A stretch of DNA of 64,000 bases, from assembly GCA_965279515.1 (NCBI GenBank), contig CBDIID010000003.1, forward strand, positions 3,456,001-3,520,000, given 5' to 3'. Positions within the stretch are counted from its first letter, which is position 1; each line of letters starts with the position of its first letter. The notes below the pieces were generated by a model. It had not been told where the DNA came from, ran no database searches, and worked only from the letters and a program-made list of their open reading frames with translations. This document shows, piece by piece, positions 1 to 8,191 of this stretch. Position numbers and translations under genes: made by a program. The DNA comes from Turneriella sp. (lineage in GTDB: Bacteria > Spirochaetota > Leptospiria > Turneriellales > Turneriellaceae).

Positions 1-2
1 TC

Positions 3-1238
3 CAGGTGCTCGAAGCCGGTTACCACTACGCAGAAACCACCGAGCTCTTTGAGGTATCCTACGAAATCACCAAGGCGAAGTTTGCGGCGGGTACGTACCG
101 CAACATCACCGGCAATGCGGCGATGGCTTTGGGGCTTGTGACGGCGGCCGATCTCGCGGGCCTGCCCGCGCTCTATGCCGGTTACCCCATCACACCTGCA
201 TCCGACATTTTGCATGAGCTGGCGAAATATAAAAATTTCAACATCAAAACTTTCCAGACTGAAGACGAGATCGCTGCAATCTGCGCGGCGATCGGCGCAT
301 CGTATGGCGGTTCGATTGGGATTACCGCTTCATCTGGCCCAGGCATCGCGCTCAAGTCTGAAGCGATCAACCTCGCTGTCATGACCGAGCTGCCCGTCGT
401 CATCGTCGATGTGCAGCGCGCAGGCCCCTCGACTGGTATGCCGACGAAAAACGAACAGACCGACCTCATGATGGCGCTCTATGGCCGTAACGGCGAGAGC
501 CCGGTGCCGGTGATTGCCGCAGCGACGCCGTCGGATTGTTTCGACGCGGCGATTGAAGCGACGCGCATTGCGCTCAAATTCATGACGCCGGTCTTTCTTT
601 TGTCCGACGGCTACCTCGGCAACAGCTCTGAGCCGTGGCGCATTCCGGAACTTGAAAACCTGCCCGAAATCGAAACGAATAAAATTCAGGCAGGCGAATC
701 GCCCGAAGGTTTCAAAATCTATGGCCGCGCTGCAGATACCCTGGCGCGCCGCTGGCCTACCCCCGGTGTTGCCGGCTTCGAGCACCGCATCGGCGGCATT
801 GAAAAAGACGAAGCGGGTAACATCTGTTATGACGCCGATAACCACGACGCCATGGTGCGCCTGAGACAGGCCAAAATCGAAAAGATCGCCGATTTTATTC
901 CCGAACTCGAAGCTTTTCCCGAACAGAAGGGCGGGCTTTTGGTTTTAGGCTGGGGCTCGACCTACGGCGCACTGCGCGAAGCGGTGATGCGTGTGCGGGC
1001 ATCGGGTTACAGTGTGTCGCATGCGCACCTGAAATACCTGAACCCCTTTCCGAAAAATATTGAGAAAGTTCTGCGTTCGTTTGAAAAAGTGCTGATCCCC
1101 GAAATGAATATGGGCCAGCTATCGCTGCTCATCCGTGGTAAATATCTTATTCCAGCGGAAGGTTATAACAAAGTGCGCGGTCGCCCCTTTGGCATCGAAG
1201 AGATTGAAACGGCGATTCTCAAAGCATTAGGAAAATAA
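3..1238 (+). CDS. korA: 2-oxoacid:ferredoxin oxidoreductase subunit alpha (5'-truncated by window)
   Basis: GYPITPASDILH, EDEIAA, SGPGIALKSE, VQRAGPSTGMPTK motifs; followed by the beta subunit. Confidence 0.93.
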   Translation, partial: QVLEAGYHYAETTELFEVSYEITKAKFAAGTYRNITGNAAMALGLVTAADLAGLPALYAGYPITPASDILHELAKYKNFNIKTFQTEDEIAAICAAIGASYGGSIGITASSGPGIALKSEAINLAVMTELPVVIVDVQRAGPSTGMPTKNEQTDLMMALYGRNGESPVPVIAAATPSDCFDAAIEATRIALKFMTPVFLLSDGYLGNSSEPWRIPELENLPEIETNKIQAGESPEGFKIYGRAADTLARRWPTPGVAGFEHRIGGIEKDEAGNICYDADNHDAMVRLRQAKIEKIADFIPELEAFPEQKGGLLVLGWGSTYGALREAVMRVRASGYSVSHAHLKYLNPFPKNIEKVLRSFEKVLIPEMNMGQLSLLIRGKYLIPAEGYNKVRGRPFGIEEIETAILKALGK

Positions 1239-1246
1239 GGAATACC

Positions 1247-2248
1247 ATGTCACAAGCTACACTCACAAAAAAAGATTTTGTTTCAGACCAGATGATTCGC
1301 TGGTGCCCCGGCTGCGGCGACTATGGTATTCTGACAGCCGTGCAAAAGACGATGCCCGAGCTAGGCATTGCGCGCGAGAATATCGTGTTCATTTCGGGCA
1401 TCGGCTGCTCGTCGCGTTTCCCGTATTACATGAATACGTATGGTTTCCATACGATTCACGGCCGCGCGCCGGCCATCGCCTCGGGCCTCAAGCTCACGCG
1501 TCCCGAACTTTCGGTATGGATGATCACCGGCGACGGCGACTCGCTGTCGATCGGCGGTAACCACCTGATCCACATTCTGCGCCGTAACCTCGATATCAAT
1601 ATTCTGCTGTTCAACAACGAAATCTATGGCCTGACCAAGGGCCAGTATTCACCGACGAGCGCTAAAGGCACAGTGGCCAAATCGACACCCGATGGCTCGG
1701 TCGATACGCCATTCTCACCGCTGAAACTTGCTGTCGGTGCCGGGGGCTCTTTTCTTGCGCGCACCTACGATAAAGACATGAAGCATATGGAGAAGATCGT
1801 CAAGGCTGCACACGCGCACCAGGGCACTTCACTGGTGGAGATCCTGCAGAATTGTGTGATTTTCAACGATGATGTTTTCGAACCGATTGTTGCGAAAGAA
1901 ACACGCGCCGACAACATGATCTTCGTCGAGCAGGGACAAAAACTGGTCTTCGGCAAAGACAATGAGAAGGGCCTCAAGCTGGGCCACGGTTCATTCGAAG
2001 TTATTTCCGCGGTGGATAATCCCAATGCGGTGGCGACCTTTGATGAAGCGGACCCATACTTTCTGCAGACCTTTGAATCGGTCGGCGGTAAAAACGGCAT
2101 TCCCGTGCCCTTCGGCGTTCTTTACCGCCAGGCGCGCACGGTCTATGAGCAGGATGTCAACCAGCAGGTTCAGGCGGCGATCGCCAAAAAAGGCAAGGGT
2201 GATATCCAAAAGCTGCTCTATGCCGGCGAAACCTGGGAAGTCGCCTAA
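1247..2248 (+). CDS. korB: 2-oxoacid:ferredoxin oxidoreductase subunit beta
   Basis: WCPGCGD, SGIGCSSR, TPP-binding GDGD...NN motif, YGLTKGQ; SD AGGA upstream. Confidence 0.94.
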   Translation: MSQATLTKKDFVSDQMIRWCPGCGDYGILTAVQKTMPELGIARENIVFISGIGCSSRFPYYMNTYGFHTIHGRAPAIASGLKLTRPELSVWMITGDGDSLSIGGNHLIHILRRNLDINILLFNNEIYGLTKGQYSPTSAKGTVAKSTPDGSVDTPFSPLKLAVGAGGSFLARTYDKDMKHMEKIVKAAHAHQGTSLVEILQNCVIFNDDVFEPIVAKETRADNMIFVEQGQKLVFGKDNEKGLKLGHGSFEVISAVDNPNAVATFDEADPYFLQTFESVGGKNGIPVPFGVLYRQARTVYEQDVNQQVQAAIAKKGKGDIQKLLYAGETWEVA

Positions 2249-2299
2249 GCCACGGAAAAACTCCGTATTTCTGCTTAGGGAAGTGCGTTTAGCCGCGCA

Positions 2300-2328
2300 T
2301 TGACGCCGGGCTTTTTTCCGGCTAGGGT
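2300..2328 (+). promoter_or_regulatory. putative sigma70 promoter for the small CxxC protein
   Basis: TTGACG (2300-2305), 17-nt spacer, TAGGGT (2323-2328). Confidence 0.4.
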
Positions 2329-2347
2329 CTCCCGAAAGGAGACCACC

Positions 2348-2539
2348 ATGCACCTTATTTGTTATGCCTGCGGCGATCGCATCAGTGTCAATGTCGCAAA
2401 GATTCCCGACGACTGTGAGTTCGAAACTGACATCGCCGATTTTAAATACCTCTGCCCGGTTTGCGCCATCCAGGCGAAGAACACGGCAATGCAGACAATG
2501 ATGTTAAAGAGCGCGGCTGAAAAAACAGCCCGCGTCTGA
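2348..2539 (+). CDS. small zinc-ribbon-like protein (63 aa)
   Basis: CYAC...CPVC; ATG at 2348 preceded by AAGGAG SD. Confidence 0.7.
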   Translation: MHLICYACGDRISVNVAKIPDDCEFETDIADFKYLCPVCAIQAKNTAMQTMMLKSAAEKTARV

Positions 2540-2548
2540 GACTGATCG

Positions 2549-3877
2549 CTAAGGGATTTCCATCGATACGGATCCCAACCCCGCGCTGCCCATGCCCAGC
2601 GTCGGGCCGGTACTAAAGCTGTGTGTCGCATCGTCGTAGATCTGCGTCGTCGCGGTGATGTTAAACAGCACCATCATCTTTCCCGTATTTGGGCCAACCG
2701 CGATACGGAAGACATGTGCTCCCGAACCCGCCGCAGACGGCGTCGCGATGCTGCTTGTCCATCCCGTCAGATCGACATCGGAGAGCGAAGTAAAGGTCTG
2801 TGAATTCCCGTGGATGGTAAAAAATTTTCCCTCGTGGACTCCGGCGTTGATACGGAATGTAGACGCGCCATTGTTCGTGGTGTTTGTCGACACACCCGTC
2901 ACCTCAAAGGTATTATTCACGGGATTATAGAGCGAGACATCGCTCGAATTACCGTGCACAAACAAGGTTTTTCCTGCAGCTGCCCCGCTGGTGATCGCCA
3001 GCGTATGGCCTCCTGCTGCCGATGCACTGGGCAGGTTGGGTCCGGCTGTGTAAGTATTATCTGACGGATTGTAGAGTGAAGTTGTGGTTTGTGCCGCGCC
3101 ATGCACAGTGATGAATTTTCCGCTGTTGCCCCCGCTCGTCACCGGAAAAGATTTTGAGCCGGCGCCGGCATTCACGGCTTGCGACAGGTTTGGTCCCGCG
3201 CTGAAAGTGTGGGTTGCCATCGAGTAGACAGAGGTGGCGGTGGAAGATCCGCCCGCCAGCACGACAACCACGGTATCATTGCCCGGCGCGAAGGCGTGCG
3301 CCCCCGCACCCACATTGCCGCTGACAACCGGCCCGCTGCTGAAGGTTGCCGTGCCCGGATCAAAAAGTGAAGTGGAGCTCAGGGCATTGCCGTGGATGAC
3401 AAGAATCTTGCCGGCATGCGGGCCTGTGGTAATGGGCCAAAGGGAAGCTCCATTACCCGATGCCGCTGTGAGCGCGGGCAGGCCGGAAAAACTTGTCGTG
3501 AGCGGATTAAAGAGCATGGCTTCTGCGCTGACCGCGCCGCGGATCGACAGCATTTGCCCGCGCGGCACGGTCACAAAAGCCTGGCCGATACGGCGCTGGT
3601 TGCGGGTTTTCACGGTGACCGTGACTGTCCCGGTTTTGAGTGCCGTCAGTTCCCCGCTGTCAGACACCTTCACCTTCGAGGCATCTGAGACACTCCAGGT
3701 GAAATCGCTGCCGGCGTCGGTGGATGTCACCTGCAGTTGCTGCTTGGTGCCGAAGAGGAGGTTGACTTCGTCACGATCGAGCGCCAGGGATGTCTGCCAG
3801 AAATCCCCCCAACCTTGCCCGCAATGCGGGAAAATCACTGCCAGACCCACCCAAAGCAGGCTTTTTGCAGATTTCAT
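2549..3877 (-). CDS. putative lipoprotein with Ig-like (Big_2) domain and Kelch-like beta-propeller repeats
   Basis: Signal peptide ending ...IFPHC; 'FTWSVSDASKVKVSDSGELTALKTGTVTVTV' Big_2 pattern; about 6 repeats of GKxxxxHG...TSLY/FxP...F..GP. Confidence 0.75.
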   Translation of the reverse strand: MKSAKSLLWVGLAVIFPHCGQGWGDFWQTSLALDRDEVNLLFGTKQQLQVTSTDAGSDFTWSVSDASKVKVSDSGELTALKTGTVTVTVKTRNQRRIGQAFVTVPRGQMLSIRGAVSAEAMLFNPLTTSFSGLPALTAASGNGASLWPITTGPHAGKILVIHGNALSSTSLFDPGTATFSSGPVVSGNVGAGAHAFAPGNDTVVVVLAGGSSTATSVYSMATHTFSAGPNLSQAVNAGAGSKSFPVTSGGNSGKFITVHGAAQTTTSLYNPSDNTYTAGPNLPSASAAGGHTLAITSGAAAGKTLFVHGNSSDVSLYNPVNNTFEVTGVSTNTTNNGASTFRINAGVHEGKFFTIHGNSQTFTSLSDVDLTGWTSSIATPSAAGSGAHVFRIAVGPNTGKMMVLFNITATTQIYDDATHSFSTGPTLGMGSAGLGSVSMEIP

Positions 3878-4000
3878 ATCTGATGATAGCACGAAATCGG
3901 GGCGGTGTCGACTTGGCTTGCAAGCAGAGGCCTACCCGCGCAGCTCCATACGGTAAACTGGTAGACCGGCCATTTTCAAATCCCGGTTATTAATCCACCG

Positions 4001-5209
4001 ATGGCGATTTCACTCGAGAGCATTACGGCGGCCCGGCAGAGAATTGCCAGTGGCGTCTATTTGTCGCCATGCCCGCATTCGATTGCGCTCTCTGAACTCA
4101 TCGGCGGTGAGATCTATTGCAAGCTCGAGTACCTGCAACGAACCGGTAGCTTTAAGGAACGCGGTGCGCGGAATGCCCTATTGCTCTTAAACGAAGAGCA
4201 GCGCCGTCGCGGCGTGGTGGCAGCCTCCGCAGGAAACCATGCGCTGGGGCTTGCCTACCATGGTAAACTTCTCGGAATTCCCGTGACCGTGGTGATGCCG
4301 GTGTTTGCGCCGCTCATCAAGCGTTTTACCTGCGAGAACCTGGGCGCGCGCGTGATTCTTGCGGGTGAGAATCTCGACGCCGCGCGCGCGAAGGCTGACG
4401 AGATTTCGGCAAGCGAGCAGCTGCGTTATGTTCATGGCTTTGATAATCCTGAAATTATCTCGGGGCAGGGGACATGCGCGCTCGAGATTCTCGAGCAGGT
4501 TCCCGACGCCGATGAGATCATCGTTCCGGTGGGCGGCGGCGGCCTCATCGCGGGCGTCGCCGTCGCAGCAAAGGCGCTCAAGCCAGGCATCCGCGTCATC
4601 GGCGTCGAGCCGGAAAACGCCGCCTGTTTCAAAGCCGCGTTATCGGCCGGACACGCCGAAAAAATTTCCCTGAAACCCACGATTGCCGACGGCCTCGCCG
4701 TCTCACGTGTCGGCGAGAACGCCTTTGCAGCCGCGCGCCCGCTCATCGATGAAATGCTTACAGTCTCGGAAAAATCCATCGAGCTGGCGATTCTGCGTGT
4801 GCTCGAAGTCGAAAAGGGCGTCGTCGAGGGTGCGGCTGCTGTCTCGCTGGCGGCAATGCTCGAGCATGGTCACAGGCGCGGTAAAAAAACAGTGCTGCTG
4901 CTGAGCGGCGGCAATATCGACCCGACGGTATTGGGCCGCGTAATCGAGAAGGCGATGGTTACCGATGACAGGCTGTGCCGTTTTACGGCTGTCGTGAGCG
5001 ACCGGCCGGGTGGACTCTCGAAACTCTCGGATGCGATTGCCTCGGCCGGTGCGCAGATCAAAGATATTTTCCATGACCGTATCTTTTCAGGGCCAGATGT
5101 CTCGTCGGTGAATGTACTCTGCGTTGTGGAGATCCAAAACGCGGCGCATAGAACCCGTCTCTATGAAGCCATCCGCAAAACAGGAATCCAGGTGATCGAA
5201 CAGAGTTAA
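4001..5209 (+). CDS. ilvA: threonine ammonia-lyase (short form with C-terminal ACT domain)
   Basis: KLEYLQRTGSFKERGA PLP-lysine motif, ASAGNHA, PVGGGGL, DRPG ACT domain. Confidence 0.92.
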   Translation: MAISLESITAARQRIASGVYLSPCPHSIALSELIGGEIYCKLEYLQRTGSFKERGARNALLLLNEEQRRRGVVAASAGNHALGLAYHGKLLGIPVTVVMPVFAPLIKRFTCENLGARVILAGENLDAARAKADEISASEQLRYVHGFDNPEIISGQGTCALEILEQVPDADEIIVPVGGGGLIAGVAVAAKALKPGIRVIGVEPENAACFKAALSAGHAEKISLKPTIADGLAVSRVGENAFAAARPLIDEMLTVSEKSIELAILRVLEVEKGVVEGAAAVSLAAMLEHGHRRGKKTVLLLSGGNIDPTVLGRVIEKAMVTDDRLCRFTAVVSDRPGGLSKLSDAIASAGAQIKDIFHDRIFSGPDVSSVNVLCVVEIQNAAHRTRLYEAIRKTGIQVIEQS

Positions 5210-5212
5210 CGT

Positions 5213-5968
5213 ATGCAAAAAAAAACTTTCACAGTCTGTGGTCTGAGCTCGGTGCGGGCCGTCGCTGACCATACACCCCAGCTCATCGAACGCCTGTTTT
5301 TCGATGAAAAAAATGCCCCGCTCTTTGCAGAGGCCTGCCGTCATCTTGCTCAGGCGCGCAAAATCTACCGTATGGTGCCTGCCGAGGAACTGAAAAAAAT
5401 TACCGACACCAGCCACCACCAGGGTGCCGCCGTTGTCATGGAGCCTCCCCCCGGGCAACCGCTTTCAGGCGCCGCGTCGGGGCACATACTCTGTCTGCAT
5501 GATGTTGAGAATCCGCACAATGTCGGAGCGATACTGCGCACGGCGGCATTTTTTGGCCTGCGCCAGATTATCGTCAGCCGCAAGAGTTATGATGCCGCGA
5601 TGACGGCGGCTGCATGGCGCGTCGCAGAGGGCGGCCTGACGCACGTGTCACTGCTGGTTTACGATACCAGCGAAGAGTTTTTCACCTGGGCAGAGGCCAG
5701 GGGCGTGCGCACGCTGGCGGCTATTCGGCCCGATGCGAAGACCAACCGCAGCCTCGGTGAATTTTTGCGCGACAAGGGGAAATCCCCCGTTATTGTTTGC
5801 CTGGGTAATGAAGAAGAGGGATTGCCGGCTGCGTTTGTGTCGCGCTGTGCCGGCCGGTTTACGATTTCAGGTTCTGGAAAAATTGAATCACTGAACGTCT
5901 CGGTAACGGCGGCGCTGTGCCTTGAAAAGCTTACCGAAGTTGCGAGGTCAAGCAACCTGTTGAAATAA
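5213..5968 (+). CDS. TrmH/SpoU family RNA methyltransferase
   Basis: NPHNVGAILRTAAFFG, GNEEEG, ESLNVSV motifs. Confidence 0.9.
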   Translation: MQKKTFTVCGLSSVRAVADHTPQLIERLFFDEKNAPLFAEACRHLAQARKIYRMVPAEELKKITDTSHHQGAAVVMEPPPGQPLSGAASGHILCLHDVENPHNVGAILRTAAFFGLRQIIVSRKSYDAAMTAAAWRVAEGGLTHVSLLVYDTSEEFFTWAEARGVRTLAAIRPDAKTNRSLGEFLRDKGKSPVIVCLGNEEEGLPAAFVSRCAGRFTISGSGKIESLNVSVTAALCLEKLTEVARSSNLLK

Positions 5969-6061
5969 GAGCCGCAAAATCCGGAAAGCCCCGCAGTTTG
6001 CTGCGCAAACCGCTGCTAAAGCGCTTCGCTGCTTTCCGGTTTTGCGGTTCAACAGGTTGCT
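5951..6061. repeat. MITE/REP-like nested palindromic element, copy 1
   Basis: Terminal IR AGCAACCTGTTGAA / TTCAACAGGTTGCT; inner IR CCGCAAAATCCGGAAAGC / GCTTTCCGGTTTTGCGG; 24-nt core shared with 53329-53352. Confidence 0.75.
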
Positions 6062-6084
6062 AACTCGGCGCAGACGCCCAGTTA

Positions 6085-6819
6085 TTAATTCTTTACGCCG
6101 ACCTGTTCGGCCGTGCCGCCGGATGAAGTCGTTGTCGGCGCCGAGGTGCCCGTCGCGCCCATTTCAATCTTGAATTGTTTCACGAGTTCCGCTGCGCGGA
6201 TCTTCTCGGCGTCGGCTTCAATTTTTGCTCTTGAGCCATCGCCCTTATTCAATGCCATGTCGAGTTTCGCGTCGGCGACTGCGCCATCGCGTTCGATGCG
6301 GCGGACCATTTCATCATGCGTGTGATCGACACCGCCGGCGGTGAATTGTTCCATTGTGTCGGCGACTTCTTTTTGCCACTGTGCGCGCTTCGCCTGTTCG
6401 ATCGCGGCCAGCGCCTCTTTTGTTTTACGGTCGAGTTCTTTCATAAATGCTACCTTCGCCTCTTCGCCTTTCACGGCCGCGGCATTGGCCTGGGCCAGCT
6501 GCATTTCGAGCTGTGAAACCTGTGCTTTGTTTTGTTCGAGTTGCAGGGCGTATTCGCCGGCGATATCTTCGCGGTTCTGGCCAATGGCTGCTTTAATGTT
6601 CGCAACTTGTTTTGCCTGCTCGGTTTCGAGTTTCTGTTTCTCTTTGCCGATCAGGATTGCGTTCGCCTTAAGTTTGGCGATATTCTCGTTCATTTTGGGT
6701 ACTTTATCGCGCATGTCGCGCATGTTCTGCTCAAGAATAAGGGCGGGATCTTCCATTTCAGAAATCCAGCCGCCGAAGATGGAGCGCAGTGCGCGCTTAA
6801 AACGTTGCCATAAACTCAT
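6085..6819 (-). CDS. PspA/IM30 family protein
   Basis: MSLWQRFKRALRS...EDPALILEQ N-terminus, long coiled coil. Confidence 0.88.
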   Translation of the reverse strand: MSLWQRFKRALRSIFGGWISEMEDPALILEQNMRDMRDKVPKMNENIAKLKANAILIGKEKQKLETEQAKQVANIKAAIGQNREDIAGEYALQLEQNKAQVSQLEMQLAQANAAAVKGEEAKVAFMKELDRKTKEALAAIEQAKRAQWQKEVADTMEQFTAGGVDHTHDEMVRRIERDGAVADAKLDMALNKGDGSRAKIEADAEKIRAAELVKQFKIEMGATGTSAPTTTSSGGTAEQVGVKN

Positions 6820-6917
6820 GGGTTACCTTACGCCTGCTTTCACGCGGGGCAAGCATTTTCCATGTGCAGTCAAAACTGGGTTCCAAACCTGAGCAAGGAA
6901 CGGTCTCTGCCCGAAGA

Positions 6918-7424
6918 ATGTTCTATGCCATCACTATTACACAGTTCACAAAAATGCTGCAGAATCTGAGTAAGATTCTCGACAAAGCGGCGCACGAGGC
7001 AGAGGCGCGCAAGGTCGATTTTTCGGTTTACCTGAATTCACGCCTTGCGCCCGATCAGTTTAACCTGACGCGCCAGGTGCAGATTGCCTGCGATACCGCG
7101 AAGATGTGCGCGGCTCGCCTTACTGGTAAAGAAGCACCGGTGCACGAAGACAATGAAAAGACCCTCGCGGAACTCAAAGAGCGGATTCAGAAAGTCGTGA
7201 CCTACCTCGCCACATTTTCAGAAGCGGACTACAAAGATTCCGCCACGATCAAAGTCTCGCAGCCGCGCTGGGAAGGGAAATACCTGACAGGAACCGAGTT
7301 CGCGATTCAGCATGCCATCCCCAACATGTACTTTCATGTTACAACGGCGTATGCTATTTTACGGCATAATGGTATCACGATCGGTAAGAAAGATTATCTA
7401 GGCGAAATGCCTTACAAGACCTGA
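6918..7424 (+). CDS. DUF1993 family protein
   Basis: SRLAPDQFNLTRQVQIACD, PNMYFHVTTAYAILRHNG..IGKKDYLG; probable start ATG 6918. Confidence 0.88.
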   Translation: MFYAITITQFTKMLQNLSKILDKAAHEAEARKVDFSVYLNSRLAPDQFNLTRQVQIACDTAKMCAARLTGKEAPVHEDNEKTLAELKERIQKVVTYLATFSEADYKDSATIKVSQPRWEGKYLTGTEFAIQHAIPNMYFHVTTAYAILRHNGITIGKKDYLGEMPYKT

Positions 7425-8096
7425 TCAGCGCAGCATAATTCTGATGGTGGGTGCGATCAGAAGCCCCGCCAGAACACCGCTCACGAGCCCGCCGACATGC
7501 GCGGCGTTATCGATGCCGGTGCTGATAAACCCCAGAAATAAATTAATGCCGATGAATATGGCGCCGCTCTGCAAAGTCTGCCGGCGCGCCGAAGGCGCCA
7601 CGAGGTCTCTGCGCAACCAGATCACCACCAGGAAAAAACCGTAGATCGCAAAAACGGCACCCGAGGCGCCGATACTGATGCCGGGATGGGGGCGCAGCAT
7701 GTTATACCCCAGGCTGGCGGCGCTGGCGATGAGGCCGCACACAATATAAATCGCCAGATACCTGGTTTTGCCGCAGAGGAATTCCACCATGCTGCCTACG
7801 GAATACAGGGAATACATGTTGATCGCCAGGTGCATCAGGCTGCCGTGCAGGAACATCGAGGTGAAGAGCCGCCAGAATTCCCTTTCACCAAACGTCAGCG
7901 GCGCAAAGTTCGCTCCCCACTCCACAAGAAGAAGACCACCCGGGTTCATAATGTTGCCACCCTGGAGCGCAACGAGAAGATACGCGACGACATTGAGCGC
8001 GATCAGGGAAAACGTGATTTTTGAATTTTGAAAAGTATTCACCGGTTGGGTTTCTGTGCCATTTGGCGCTTTGTGACGTAAAGCACGTTGCTCCAT
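7425..8096 (-). CDS. rhomboid family intramembrane serine protease
   Basis: WRLFTSMFLH, GASG catalytic Ser, AHVGG. Confidence 0.92.
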   Translation of the reverse strand: MEQRALRHKAPNGTETQPVNTFQNSKITFSLIALNVVAYLLVALQGGNIMNPGGLLLVEWGANFAPLTFGEREFWRLFTSMFLHGSLMHLAINMYSLYSVGSMVEFLCGKTRYLAIYIVCGLIASAASLGYNMLRPHPGISIGASGAVFAIYGFFLVVIWLRRDLVAPSARRQTLQSGAIFIGINLFLGFISTGIDNAAHVGGLVSGVLAGLLIAPTIRIMLR

Positions 8097-8191
8097 GGAA
8101 ATTTCAAACCATGAATATCTTTGACTGCATGAATCCCTAATGGTTACGGAATGTCTATGACTCGGAACATTTTATAGAACCTTCGCCGTCG

